Shown piece by piece: positions 28,901-37,021 of a DNA stretch of 64,000 nt; within the stretch, counting starts at the first letter, position 1, and each line of letters begins with the position of its first letter. The notes beneath the pieces were generated by a model that worked only from the letters and a program-made list of their open reading frames with translations, did not search any database and was not told where the DNA came from. Where the stretch lies: assembly GCA_035711625.1 (NCBI GenBank), contig DASTCA010000054.1, positions 7,993 through 71,992 of the forward strand. The letters are read 5' to 3'. The translations under genes and the position numbers were made by a program. Origin of the DNA: Gemmatimonadota bacterium (GTDB lineage Bacteria > Gemmatimonadota > Gemmatimonadetes > JACCXV01 > JAHWKZ01).

Positions 28901-30196
28901 GTCGAGAAGAGCCTGGTGCGGCAAGAGGAAACGGGCGAGGGCGAGCCTCGCTTCCAGATGTTGGAGACGATTCGCCAGTACGGGCTCGGCCTCCTCGATT
29001 CACTTGGAGAGGGCACGGCCGCGCGTCGTCTGCAACTCGACTATTTCCTGGAGCTCGCGATGCGAGCTGAGCCATTCCTGACCGGGCCCGATCAGGCGGA
29101 GTGGCTAGACCGGCTGGATCGGGATCACGAGAATGTCGCCGCCATCATGGACTGGGCGCTCGAAGTCGGGGAGGTCGAGAGCGCGGTTCGGTTGGGCAGC
29201 GCGATGTGGTGGTTCTTCTGGTTGCGCGGGCACTTCGAGGAGATGCGCACTCGGTTGGAGCTGGCTCTCCAGCGAGCTGCGGACCTGCCACCCTCGTTGC
29301 AGGCCAATCTTCACGTCGCGAGCGGGGCGATCGCGACCATGGACGGGGAAGGGGAGCTGGCTGCGCGGCATTACGAGCAGGCGCTCGAGCTGGAGCGCGG
29401 TCGTAAGGACGGACGCGGAGTTCCGCGCGCACTACGGAGCTTGGCATCCAGCCTGGTGAATCTAGGGCGCTCCGAGGAAGCGCTTCCGCTCTACGAGGAA
29501 GCGCTCGCCATGGACCGGGGGTTCGGAAATTCCCTCGGGGAGTGTGCGGCGTTGCGGGGATTGGCCAAGGCAGCGCTGCACATAGGAGAGCTCGATCGGG
29601 CGGGCGAGCTGTATTCCCAGGCGCTCGCGTTAGCGCGCTCGATCGGCGATCGACATTACGTCGCCTACGGGCTGGCGGGACTGGGAGAAGTGGCTCGGCA
29701 GCGAGGTCGACTGGATGAGGCGGAAGCGCTGTATCAGGAGGGACTGGACCTGTGTCGACGGATCGGTAGCCAGCCCGGCATCGCGAGCGCGCTTCAGCAC
29801 CTGGCCACGATCGCTCTCGCCTCGGGGAAGCCCGATCGATCGGAGGAACTGTATCGAGAGGCGCTGGAGATCGATCGCCGGTTGAACAACAAGCGGGGCA
29901 TCGCATTCTCGCTGGCGGGGCTGGGGGCGACGGCTGTAATGCGGCAGGACAGGGAGCGGGGGGTTCGCATCCTGGGTGCGGCGGAACGTCTGATAGGATC
30001 TTCCGGAGCCGTATTGCCGCCCCATGAGCAGCAGTGGTGGCAGGATCGCTTCACCACGGCCGTCCAGGCCCTGGGGACCACAAGAAGCGGAGATTTGCTT
30101 GCGGAGGGGCGATCGCTTTCGCTGGAAGCGGGGATCGAGCTCGCGCTCGAACGCGCCACGGCGGTGCCGGGGAATCCACCCGGGCGAGCCGCCTAG
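25952..30196 (+). CDS. Multidomain signalling protein: class III adenylate/guanylate cyclase + TolB_N-like domain + TPR + STAND (NB-ARC) P-loop NTPase + TPR; no HTH output domain
   Basis: Cyclase domain motifs ([21 protein letters not shown]). A TolB_N-like block ([33 protein letters not shown]...VLEGSVRK). TPR repeats. A Walker A ([13 protein letters not shown]) with an NB-ARC region, then more TPR repeats. Start may be a later ATG (about 25991). Confidence 0.8.
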   Translation: [1414 protein letters not shown]

Positions 30197-30306
30197 CGCA
30201 GGGACTTCTGCAGGCGGCTCGCCACTACGAGCCGGCGGGACTGGGCGGGCGTCGGCTTGAGCGCCGCCAGGATCGCCATCCCGATCGTCAGGGCCAGGAT
30301 CTCCAT
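30193..30306 (-). CDS. Putative 37-aa single-TM membrane peptide (MEILALTIGMAILAALKPTPAQSRRLVVASRLQKSLR)
   Basis: Not in the ORF track (too short). An AAAGGAGAA SD sits 4 nt upstream of the ATG. It is convergent with the cyclase gene and its TAG overlaps the cyclase stop. Confidence 0.35.
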   Translation of the reverse strand: MEILALTIGMAILAALKPTPAQSRRLVVASRLQKSLR

Positions 30307-30470
30307 CGTATTCTCCTTTCTCTGCTTGGGTTCGCGTTACCTTCCGACCCGACCTACGAGTGCTTCCGCGAGTGGGTTTCAAGGTGCTGCTACTCCCTTT
30401 GATCGCTACATCCCTCTGGAAGGTTGCAAGGGTGAACCGGCTCGAGGACGAGGTGAGCGTCCCCTCGGAG

Positions 30471-31454
30471 ATGCGCGCGGTCGAGATCTCGCGGCCGGGC
30501 GGGCCCGAAGTCCTGGTGCCGACACGGCGGCCGGTCCCGCGGCCCGCCGCCGACGAGATTCTGATCGCCGTGCGGGCGGCCGGCGTCAACCGGCCGGATC
30601 TCCTCCAGCGTGAGGGGCGCTACCCTCCGCCGCCTGGGGCGTCCGACCTGCCGGGCCTCGAGATCGCGGGCACGGTGACCGCGCGCGGGGAAAGTGCGCG
30701 CCGATTCGATCCTCGTGACCGGGTGTGCGCGCTGGTCGCGGGCGGGGGGTACGCGGAGTACTGCGCGGTCCCCGAAGTCCAGGCGCTACCGATTCCGGCC
30801 GGCCTGGGGTTCGTGGAAGCCGCGGCGATCCCGGAGACGTTCTTTACCGTCTGGACGAACGTCTTCGACCGCGGGCGTCTGACGGCCGGAGAGACGCTTC
30901 TGGTCCAGGGCGGATCCGGAGGGATCGGGACGACCGCGGTCCAGCTCGCCGCGGCACGCGGGGCGCGGGTCTTCGCAACGGCGGCCGGCCCCGAGAAATG
31001 CCGCGCCCTCGAGGGGCTGGGCGCGGAGCGGGGTATCGACACCCGCGTGGAGGCGTACGACGAGATCGTTCGCGCCGCGACGGCCGGACGGGGGGCCGAC
31101 GTGGTCCTCGACATCCTCGGCGGACCGCACCTGGCCCGTCACCTCGATCTCCTTGCGCCCGAAGGGAGGCTCGTCCTGATCGCGTTCCTCGAGGGTCGCG
31201 AGGCGACGGTCGATCTGTGGCCGATCATGGGAAAGCGGGTGACCGTGACCGGCTCGACCCTGCGTCCGCGGTCGCCGGAAGAGAAGGGGGCGATCGCCCG
31301 GGTCCTCGAGCGGGAGGTCTGGCCGCTCCTCGAATCCGGCCGAGTCCGGCCGCGGATCGATGCGACGTTCCCGCTCGAAGCCGCGGCCGACGCCCACCGA
31401 CGGCTCGAGTCCCGCCGGCACTTCGGGAAGGTCGTGCTGAAGGTCGTGGCTTGA
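30471..31454 (+). CDS. qor: NADPH:quinone oxidoreductase / zeta-crystallin-like MDR family
   Basis: MDR fold with a GGSGGIGT cofactor motif; 327 aa from the internal ATG. Confidence 0.8.
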   Translation: MRAVEISRPGGPEVLVPTRRPVPRPAADEILIAVRAAGVNRPDLLQREGRYPPPPGASDLPGLEIAGTVTARGESARRFDPRDRVCALVAGGGYAEYCAVPEVQALPIPAGLGFVEAAAIPETFFTVWTNVFDRGRLTAGETLLVQGGSGGIGTTAVQLAAARGARVFATAAGPEKCRALEGLGAERGIDTRVEAYDEIVRAATAGRGADVVLDILGGPHLARHLDLLAPEGRLVLIAFLEGREATVDLWPIMGKRVTVTGSTLRPRSPEEKGAIARVLEREVWPLLESGRVRPRIDATFPLEAAADAHRRLESRRHFGKVVLKVVA

Positions 31455-31474
31455 CAGGGAAGAGAACGGTAGCT

Positions 31475-31496
31475 ATTCCTGTTCGGGAATCATTCC
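31475..31496. promoter_or_regulatory. Overlapping palindromes ATTCC-TGTTCG-GGAAT / GGAAT-C-ATTCC about 30 nt upstream of ferritin; candidate operator, with a TTGACA -35 at 31451..31456
   Basis: Seen directly in the qor-ftn intergenic region. The partner regulator is unknown (Fur-like?). Confidence 0.3.
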
Positions 31497-31525
31497 TTTA
31501 GCCTGAAAGCACCGGAGACGAGCCC

Positions 31526-32023
31526 ATGCTGAGCGACACGCTCCTGAAATCCCTGAACGAGCAGATCAACAACGAGCTCTTCGCCGCGTACCAGTACCTC
31601 GCGATGGCGGAATACTTCGCCGCGCAGAACCTGGACGGCTTCGCCCACTGGATGCGGCTCCAGCGGGAGGAGGAGATCACCCACGCGATGAAGATCTTCG
31701 ACTTCGTGATCGACCGGGACGCGCGGGTGACGCTGGCGCCGATCGCGGCTCCGGACGCGAAGTTCGCGTCGCCGCTCGCCGTCCTGAAGAAGGCCCTCGA
31801 GCACGAGCGCTCAGTGACCGCGAAGATCAACGCGCTGTACGCGGCGGCGAAGAAGGAGAACGACTATCCGACCGAGGCGATCATGCAGTGGTTCGTCCTC
31901 GAGCAGGTCGAGGAAGAGGCGAGCGCGCTCAAGCTCGTCGAGCGGCTCGAGATGGCCGGAGACGACAAGGCCGCGCTCCTGATCCTCGACCGCGAAGTGG
32001 GGCAGAGAACGGCCGCCGAGTAG
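31526..32023 (+). CDS. ftnA: Non-haem ferritin
   Basis: Ferroxidase-centre residues in context (NELFAAYQYLAMAEYF ... EEEITHAMK ... EHE ... QWFVLEQVEEE). 165 aa. Confidence 0.85.
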   Translation: MLSDTLLKSLNEQINNELFAAYQYLAMAEYFAAQNLDGFAHWMRLQREEEITHAMKIFDFVIDRDARVTLAPIAAPDAKFASPLAVLKKALEHERSVTAKINALYAAAKKENDYPTEAIMQWFVLEQVEEEASALKLVERLEMAGDDKAALLILDREVGQRTAAE

Positions 32024-32035
32024 ACGATTCTCTCA

Positions 32036-32452
32036 CTACTCCTCGTCGTCCCGGTCGAGGAGGTCGTCCGGGACCCTGGCGGGGGGATTCCGATCGAGGA
32101 GCAGGATCGCGCCCTGGGGGACGATCAGGTACGTCCGCCCCTCGAACTTGATCTCGACCGACGCTTTCCGGAGGAAGATCGCGTAGTCGCCCACGCGGGC
32201 CTGCATCGGCACATGCCGCGACGAGGACTCGAGCGTCTTCCACGGCTCCTCCTCCATCGATCCGGGATCCGGGAGTGGAATGCCGGGCCCGGCGGCGACG
32301 ATCCGGCCCGCCTGGACCGACTCTTTCTCGACCGCCCAGCGGGGCAGGTAGAGACCCACCTCGGTCCGGTGCTCCCCTTCGTCAGGCTGGATCAGGACGC
32401 GGTCCCCGATCACCACCAGCCGCTCGTCGATCGGCATCGATTCTTCGGGCAT
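32036..32452 (-). CDS. GroES/Cpn10-fold protein with internal insertion (orphan; no groEL nearby)
   Basis: The C-terminal 138 aa of listed ORF 32036..32968 carry GroES-like blocks (IGDRVLIQ ... AGRIVAAGPG ... VGDYAIF ... IVPQGAILLL). The ATG at 32452 was confirmed on the sequence. The upstream part of the listed ORF is low-complexity and rejected. Confidence 0.55.
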   Translation of the reverse strand: MPEESMPIDERLVVIGDRVLIQPDEGEHRTEVGLYLPRWAVEKESVQAGRIVAAGPGIPLPDPGSMEEEPWKTLESSSRHVPMQARVGDYAIFLRKASVEIKFEGRTYLIVPQGAILLLDRNPPARVPDDLLDRDDEE

Positions 32453-32531
32453 GACCGGAAGGTGGGTGTCCACCCGCGGCCGGGCAAGCGCGATCGTTCC
32501 GCCGGCGGCCGGGCGCGCATAGCTTGGGCGC

Positions 32532-33914
32532 ATGGATCTGGTCGTCCGGAGCTCCAGGGTCGTTCTCCCGGAAGGCATCGTGCCGGCCGCGGTCTTCGTT
32601 TCGGGCGGAAGGATTGCGAAAGTCGTCCGGGCGAAGGCCCCCGTCCTCGCCACCCTGGAGATCGACGCCGGCGACTCGGTCGTGATGGCCGGCCTCGTGG
32701 ATCCGCACGTCCACGTGAACGACCCCGGGCGAGCGGACTGGGAAGGGTTCGAGACGGCAGGCCGGGCTGCCGCGGCGGGAGGAACGACGACGATCGTCGA
32801 CATGCCGCTGAACTCGCTTCCGGTCACGACGACGGTCGACGCGCTCGAGGCCAAGGTCCGCGCCGCGACCGGGAGCTGCCGCGTGGACTTCGGGCTCTGG
32901 GGCGGGATCGTCCCCGGGAACGGCGGTGATCGCAGGGCTCTGATCGACGAGGGGGCGCTGGGGCTCAAGGCATTCCTGGTCCCGTCGGGGATCGAGGAGT
33001 TTCCGGAGGTCGACGACCTCGAGCTGGGCCGCGCGATGTCGGAGCTGGCTCCGACGGGAGCGCCCGTGCTCGTTCATGCCGAGGACGCCGACGAGCTCGA
33101 ACGCGCCGCGGAGCGCGCCGCGCGTTCGAGGCCCGGATCCTACGCGGAATGGCTGGCGTCGCGGCCACCTGAGGCCGAAGCGCGTGCGGTCGCCCGCGTC
33201 GCCACCCTCTGCAGGCAGACCGGCGCCCGCGCGCATGTCGTTCATGTCGCCGCGGCCGAAGCGGTGGACGAAGTCGCAGCCGCGAAGGCGGGGGGAATCC
33301 CCGTGTCCGCCGAGACCTGCCCTCACTACCTGTCGTTCATCGCCGAAGAGGTGCCCGAGGGAGACCCGCGCTTCAAGTGCGCGCCGCCGATCCGCGAAGC
33401 CCGACATCGTGACGCCCTCTGGCGAGGCCTCGGCTCGGGCGCCCTCGACCTCGTCGCCTCGGACCACTCGCCCTGTCCGCCCGCCCTCAAGCCGCCCGGT
33501 GAGCTGGCCGGCGCGTGGGGCGGGATCGCCGGCCTCGAGCTCCGGCTTCCCGTCACCTGGACGGAGGGCCGGATCCGCGGCGTGTCGCTCCGGGAGCTGG
33601 CGCGCTGGCTGGCCGAAGCCCCGGCGCGACTCGCCGGCCTCTCCTCTCGGAAGGGTCGCATCGCGGTCGGTCAGGACGCCGATTTCGTGATCTGGGACCC
33701 CGAGCGCGAGTTCGTGGTCGACGCCGCCAAGCTCCACCAGCGACACACCGCGACGCCATGGGAGGGACGCGCGCTCCGCGGGGTCGTCGAGACCACGATC
33801 CTCCGCGGGCGCATCGTCTACGAGCGGGATCGCTTTCCCGGAACCCCCGATGGTCGCTGGCTGCGACGGACCGCCGGGATGGTCGCGCCCCTCGCGGAGG
33901 CAGGATCGAGGTGA
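32532..33914 (+). CDS. allB: Allantoinase (cyclic amidohydrolase)
   Basis: DPHVHVNDPGR metal-binding start with the amidohydrolase fold. It has allantoinase-like length and lies next to allantoicase. Confidence 0.8.
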   Translation: MDLVVRSSRVVLPEGIVPAAVFVSGGRIAKVVRAKAPVLATLEIDAGDSVVMAGLVDPHVHVNDPGRADWEGFETAGRAAAAGGTTTIVDMPLNSLPVTTTVDALEAKVRAATGSCRVDFGLWGGIVPGNGGDRRALIDEGALGLKAFLVPSGIEEFPEVDDLELGRAMSELAPTGAPVLVHAEDADELERAAERAARSRPGSYAEWLASRPPEAEARAVARVATLCRQTGARAHVVHVAAAEAVDEVAAAKAGGIPVSAETCPHYLSFIAEEVPEGDPRFKCAPPIREARHRDALWRGLGSGALDLVASDHSPCPPALKPPGELAGAWGGIAGLELRLPVTWTEGRIRGVSLRELARWLAEAPARLAGLSSRKGRIAVGQDADFVIWDPEREFVVDAAKLHQRHTATPWEGRALRGVVETTILRGRIVYERDRFPGTPDGRWLRRTAGMVAPLAEAGSR

Positions 33915-33922
33915 GCGGCTTC

Positions 33923-34906
33923 ATGCAGCTTCCGGATCTCGCGTCCGCGCGTCTCGGCGGTCGGGCCGTCGCCGCGAATGACGAGTTCTTCGCCCCCAAG
34001 GAGAACCTGGTCCTGGACGCGGCACCGATCTTCGATCCCGCCCGGTACACCGATCGAGGAAAGTGGATGGACGGCTGGGAGACGCGCCGCCGCCGCGAGC
34101 CGGGCCAGGACTGGTGCGTCGTGCGCCTGGGAGTACCGTGCGTCGTGCGCGGCGTGGTCGTCGACACCACCCACTTCCGCGGGAATCATCCCCGGAGCGC
34201 GTTCATCGACGCCTGCCGCCTGGCCACCGAGCCGGAGAGGTGGGAGGACGTGGAATGGAGCCCGCTGGTTCCGGAATCGACGCTCACGGGCGACGCGGAA
34301 AACCCGTTCGCGGTGACGGACGGCGGATCCTGGACCCACGTCCGGCTCTCGATCGTTCCCGATGGCGGCGTGGCCCGTCTCCGGGTTCATGGCGAGGCCG
34401 CTCCGGACTGGGCGCGCGTTTCGCGGACCGAACCGACGGGCGACGTCGAGGTCGCGTCGATTCCCCGCGGCGGCGTTGTGATCGCATGCAGTGACGAGTT
34501 CTTCGGGGCGCCGAATCACCTTCTCCTTCCCGACGCGTCGGAAGGCATGTGGGACGGGTGGGAGACCCGCCGTCGCCGCGACTCGGGTCACGACTGGGTC
34601 GTCGTCCGGCTCGGGCACCGCGTCCGGGTGGAACGTGTCGAGGTCGACACCCGGCACTTCAAGGGAAACTACCCGGGAAGCGCGAGCGTTGAGGCGATCG
34701 ACGCGACGGATGCTGGCCCGACCGAGCTGTTCGCGGAGAGCGCGGCATGGCGGGAAGTCGTTCCGCGACGACCTCTCCGGCCCGACGTGGCGCATGTCCT
34801 GGAGCCGCCCGAGCTGTCCCCGGCGGACGCGACCCACGTGCGGCTCTCGATCTTCCCCGACGGTGGGGTCGCGCGACTCCGCGTTCGGGGAACCCTGCTC
34901 GATTGA
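33923..34906 (+). CDS. alc: Allantoicase (two allantoicase repeats)
   Basis: Duplicated motif blocks (FFAPKENL...WMDGWETRRRR... and FFGAPNHLL...MWDGWETRRRRD...). An alternative GTG start at 33911 overlaps the allB stop. Confidence 0.8.
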   Translation: MQLPDLASARLGGRAVAANDEFFAPKENLVLDAAPIFDPARYTDRGKWMDGWETRRRREPGQDWCVVRLGVPCVVRGVVVDTTHFRGNHPRSAFIDACRLATEPERWEDVEWSPLVPESTLTGDAENPFAVTDGGSWTHVRLSIVPDGGVARLRVHGEAAPDWARVSRTEPTGDVEVASIPRGGVVIACSDEFFGAPNHLLLPDASEGMWDGWETRRRRDSGHDWVVVRLGHRVRVERVEVDTRHFKGNYPGSASVEAIDATDAGPTELFAESAAWREVVPRRPLRPDVAHVLEPPELSPADATHVRLSIFPDGGVARLRVRGTLLD

Positions 34907-35424
34907 GCGGGGAGGCGCTGGCGCGGCTGAACGCGCTGCCGGCCGCGTCCGCCGAGGCCATGCTCCGCGAGGTGTGCGGCGCGCCGGGATGGGCGGAATC
35001 GGTAGCGGCGAACCGGCCGTTCGTCGACCGGGCCGCGCTCGAGGTCGCCGCCGAGACGGCGTGGGACGTTCTTGACCGCGACGCGTGGGTGGCGGGGTTC
35101 GAAAGCCATCCGCGGATCGGAGAAGAGCGGCGAGTGTCCGGTGGGGACGCGTCCGCCTGGTCACGGGCGGAACAGGCAGGCATGGGATCGGCGGACGACC
35201 TCGTCCGCGCCAGCCTGGCCGAGGCCCAGCGCGAGTACGAGCGGCGATTCGGCTGGACCTATGTCGTATGCGCGTCGGGCCGGACCGCAGAGGAGATGCG
35301 GGCGGACGCGCTCGCCCGCCTCGGGAACGAGCCCGACGTCGAGATCGCGGTCGCGGCGAGGGAAGAGCGCCGCATCGGCCGGCTGCGACTGGAGAAGCTC
35401 CTCACGAAGGGAGGTGTCGGATGA
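34903..35424 (+). CDS. uraD: OHCU decarboxylase (2-oxo-4-hydroxy-4-carboxy-5-ureidoimidazoline decarboxylase)
   Basis: About 173 aa (LNALPAASAEAMLREVCGAPGWAE...) with an OHCU decarboxylase N-terminal pattern. The TTG start overlaps the alc stop. Start is uncertain. Confidence 0.65.
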   Translation: MSGEALARLNALPAASAEAMLREVCGAPGWAESVAANRPFVDRAALEVAAETAWDVLDRDAWVAGFESHPRIGEERRVSGGDASAWSRAEQAGMGSADDLVRASLAEAQREYERRFGWTYVVCASGRTAEEMRADALARLGNEPDVEIAVAAREERRIGRLRLEKLLTKGGVG

Positions 35425-35753
35425 GCATCACGACCCACGTCCTCGACCTGACCCGCGGCCAGCCGGCGGCGGGCATGGGCGTCCTCTTGTCCGTGCGGTC
35501 GGGCGACGGGTGGCGCGAGCTGGCGCGCGGGACGACCGACGCCGACGGCCGTGCGAGCCTCCCGCTCGAAGATCCCCTGCGCACCTCGACGTACCGCCTG
35601 CGATTCGAGACCGGGGACTGGTTCCGGGGTGCGGGGGTGGACGGATTCTGGCCGCACGTCGAGATCGCGTTCGACGTGACCGAGCCCACGCGGCACCACC
35701 ACGTGCCGCTTCTCCTCTCGCCCTACGGCTACTCCACCTATCGGGGGAGCTGA
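35421..35753 (+). CDS. uraH: 5-hydroxyisourate hydrolase (transthyretin-like)
   Basis: 110 aa with an HVLD N-terminus and the C-terminal signature YRGS. The ATG overlaps the uraD stop. Confidence 0.85.
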   Translation: MSITTHVLDLTRGQPAAGMGVLLSVRSGDGWRELARGTTDADGRASLPLEDPLRTSTYRLRFETGDWFRGAGVDGFWPHVEIAFDVTEPTRHHHVPLLLSPYGYSTYRGS

Positions 35754-35759
35754 GGAGCG

Positions 35760-36941
35760 GTGCCGGGGATCGAATGGCTCGAACTCGCGGTTCGCTGGAT
35801 CCATGTGATCGCCGGGATCGCGTGGATCGGAACGTCGTTCTATTTCATCCGGCTGAACGCGGTGCTCGCTCCCGCCGAAGTACCCGCCGACGGCGTCGAA
35901 GGGGAGGCGTGGGAGGTGCACGGCGGAGGCTTCTACCGCGTCGCGAAGTATCGGATCGCGCCGAGCGCGTTGCCGAGCGAGCTCCACTGGTTCAAGTGGG
36001 AGGCGTACGCGACGTGGCTCTCGGGCGCGTCGCTCCTCGTGCTCGTCTACTACCTGGGCGCGGACGCCTTTCTGCTGGATCGGAACATCGCGGACATCGC
36101 ACCGGCGACCGGCATCGCGATCGGCGCGGGCTCGGTGATCGCGGCGTGGCTCGTGTACGAGATGCTCTGCCGTTCTCCGCTGATCGAGCGGCCCGGCCTC
36201 TTCGCGGCGCTCGGCCTCGCGCTGGCCACGGCCACGGCCTGGGCGCTCTCCGAATGGATCTCCGGACGCGCCTCGTATATGCACGTCGGCGCGGCCGTGG
36301 GGACGATCATGGCCGCCAACGTCTTCCTCGTGATCATCCCGGCGCATCATGGCCTGGTGGCCGCGGTAAAGGCGGGCGGCGAGCCCGACGCCTCGCGCGG
36401 GAAGGCCGCGGCGCGGCGATCGCTCCACAACAACTACCTGACGCTCCCGGTCGTGTTCCTCATGATCTCGAACCACTATCCGCTCACCTACAATCACCCG
36501 CTGGGGTGGCTGATCCTGGGAGCGCTGAGCTTCCTGGGAGGCTGGATCCGACACTATTACAACTTGCGCCACGCGGGCAGGCACCGTCCGTGGATGCTGG
36601 TGGCGGCCGCCGCCGGGTTCGCCGGCATCGCCGTCCTGGCCACCTTCGGCACCCCGGCGCCGGCAGCCGCCGGCGCGGACGATGCTCCGGTCGGCCTCAC
36701 GGACGTGAGGGAGGTGATCGCCGTCCGGTGCGGGGTCTGTCACTCCGCCGAGCCGGTCCACGAGCTGTTCGAGGCACCTCCGGGCGGGATTGCGTTCGAC
36801 ACCGACGACGAGATCGTCTCGAGGGCCGATCGCATCTACGCGGTGACGATCGAGAGCCGGGTCATGCCGCTTGGAAACCTGACCGGGATGACGGAAGAGG
36901 AGCGGGCGCTGGTCGGCCGCTGGGCGAGGCAGGCGAAGTGA
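35760..36941 (+). CDS. puuD: Urate hydroxylase PuuD (membrane cytochrome-c-type urate oxidase)
   Basis: Polytopic membrane protein with a C-terminal CGVCHS haem-c motif, sitting in the urate-pathway context. Confidence 0.75.
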   Translation: MPGIEWLELAVRWIHVIAGIAWIGTSFYFIRLNAVLAPAEVPADGVEGEAWEVHGGGFYRVAKYRIAPSALPSELHWFKWEAYATWLSGASLLVLVYYLGADAFLLDRNIADIAPATGIAIGAGSVIAAWLVYEMLCRSPLIERPGLFAALGLALATATAWALSEWISGRASYMHVGAAVGTIMAANVFLVIIPAHHGLVAAVKAGGEPDASRGKAAARRSLHNNYLTLPVVFLMISNHYPLTYNHPLGWLILGALSFLGGWIRHYYNLRHAGRHRPWMLVAAAAGFAGIAVLATFGTPAPAAAGADDAPVGLTDVREVIAVRCGVCHSAEPVHELFEAPPGGIAFDTDDEIVSRADRIYAVTIESRVMPLGNLTGMTEEERALVGRWARQAK

Positions 36942-37021
36942 ACGCGAGGCGAAGCGGATGCGCCTGAGCTAGGCGATCGTCGACAGCCTGGCGTTCTCGG
37001 TGGGGAGAACCGGCCCGGGAC

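Noticed and set aside
36942-37021. Hairpin (GTTCTC...GAGAAC) between puuD and the aldolase-like gene as a terminator
   Set aside because: The stem is short (6 bp) and there is no U-tract. It is mentioned only in the urate/XDH finding; the evidence is too weak for a feature call.
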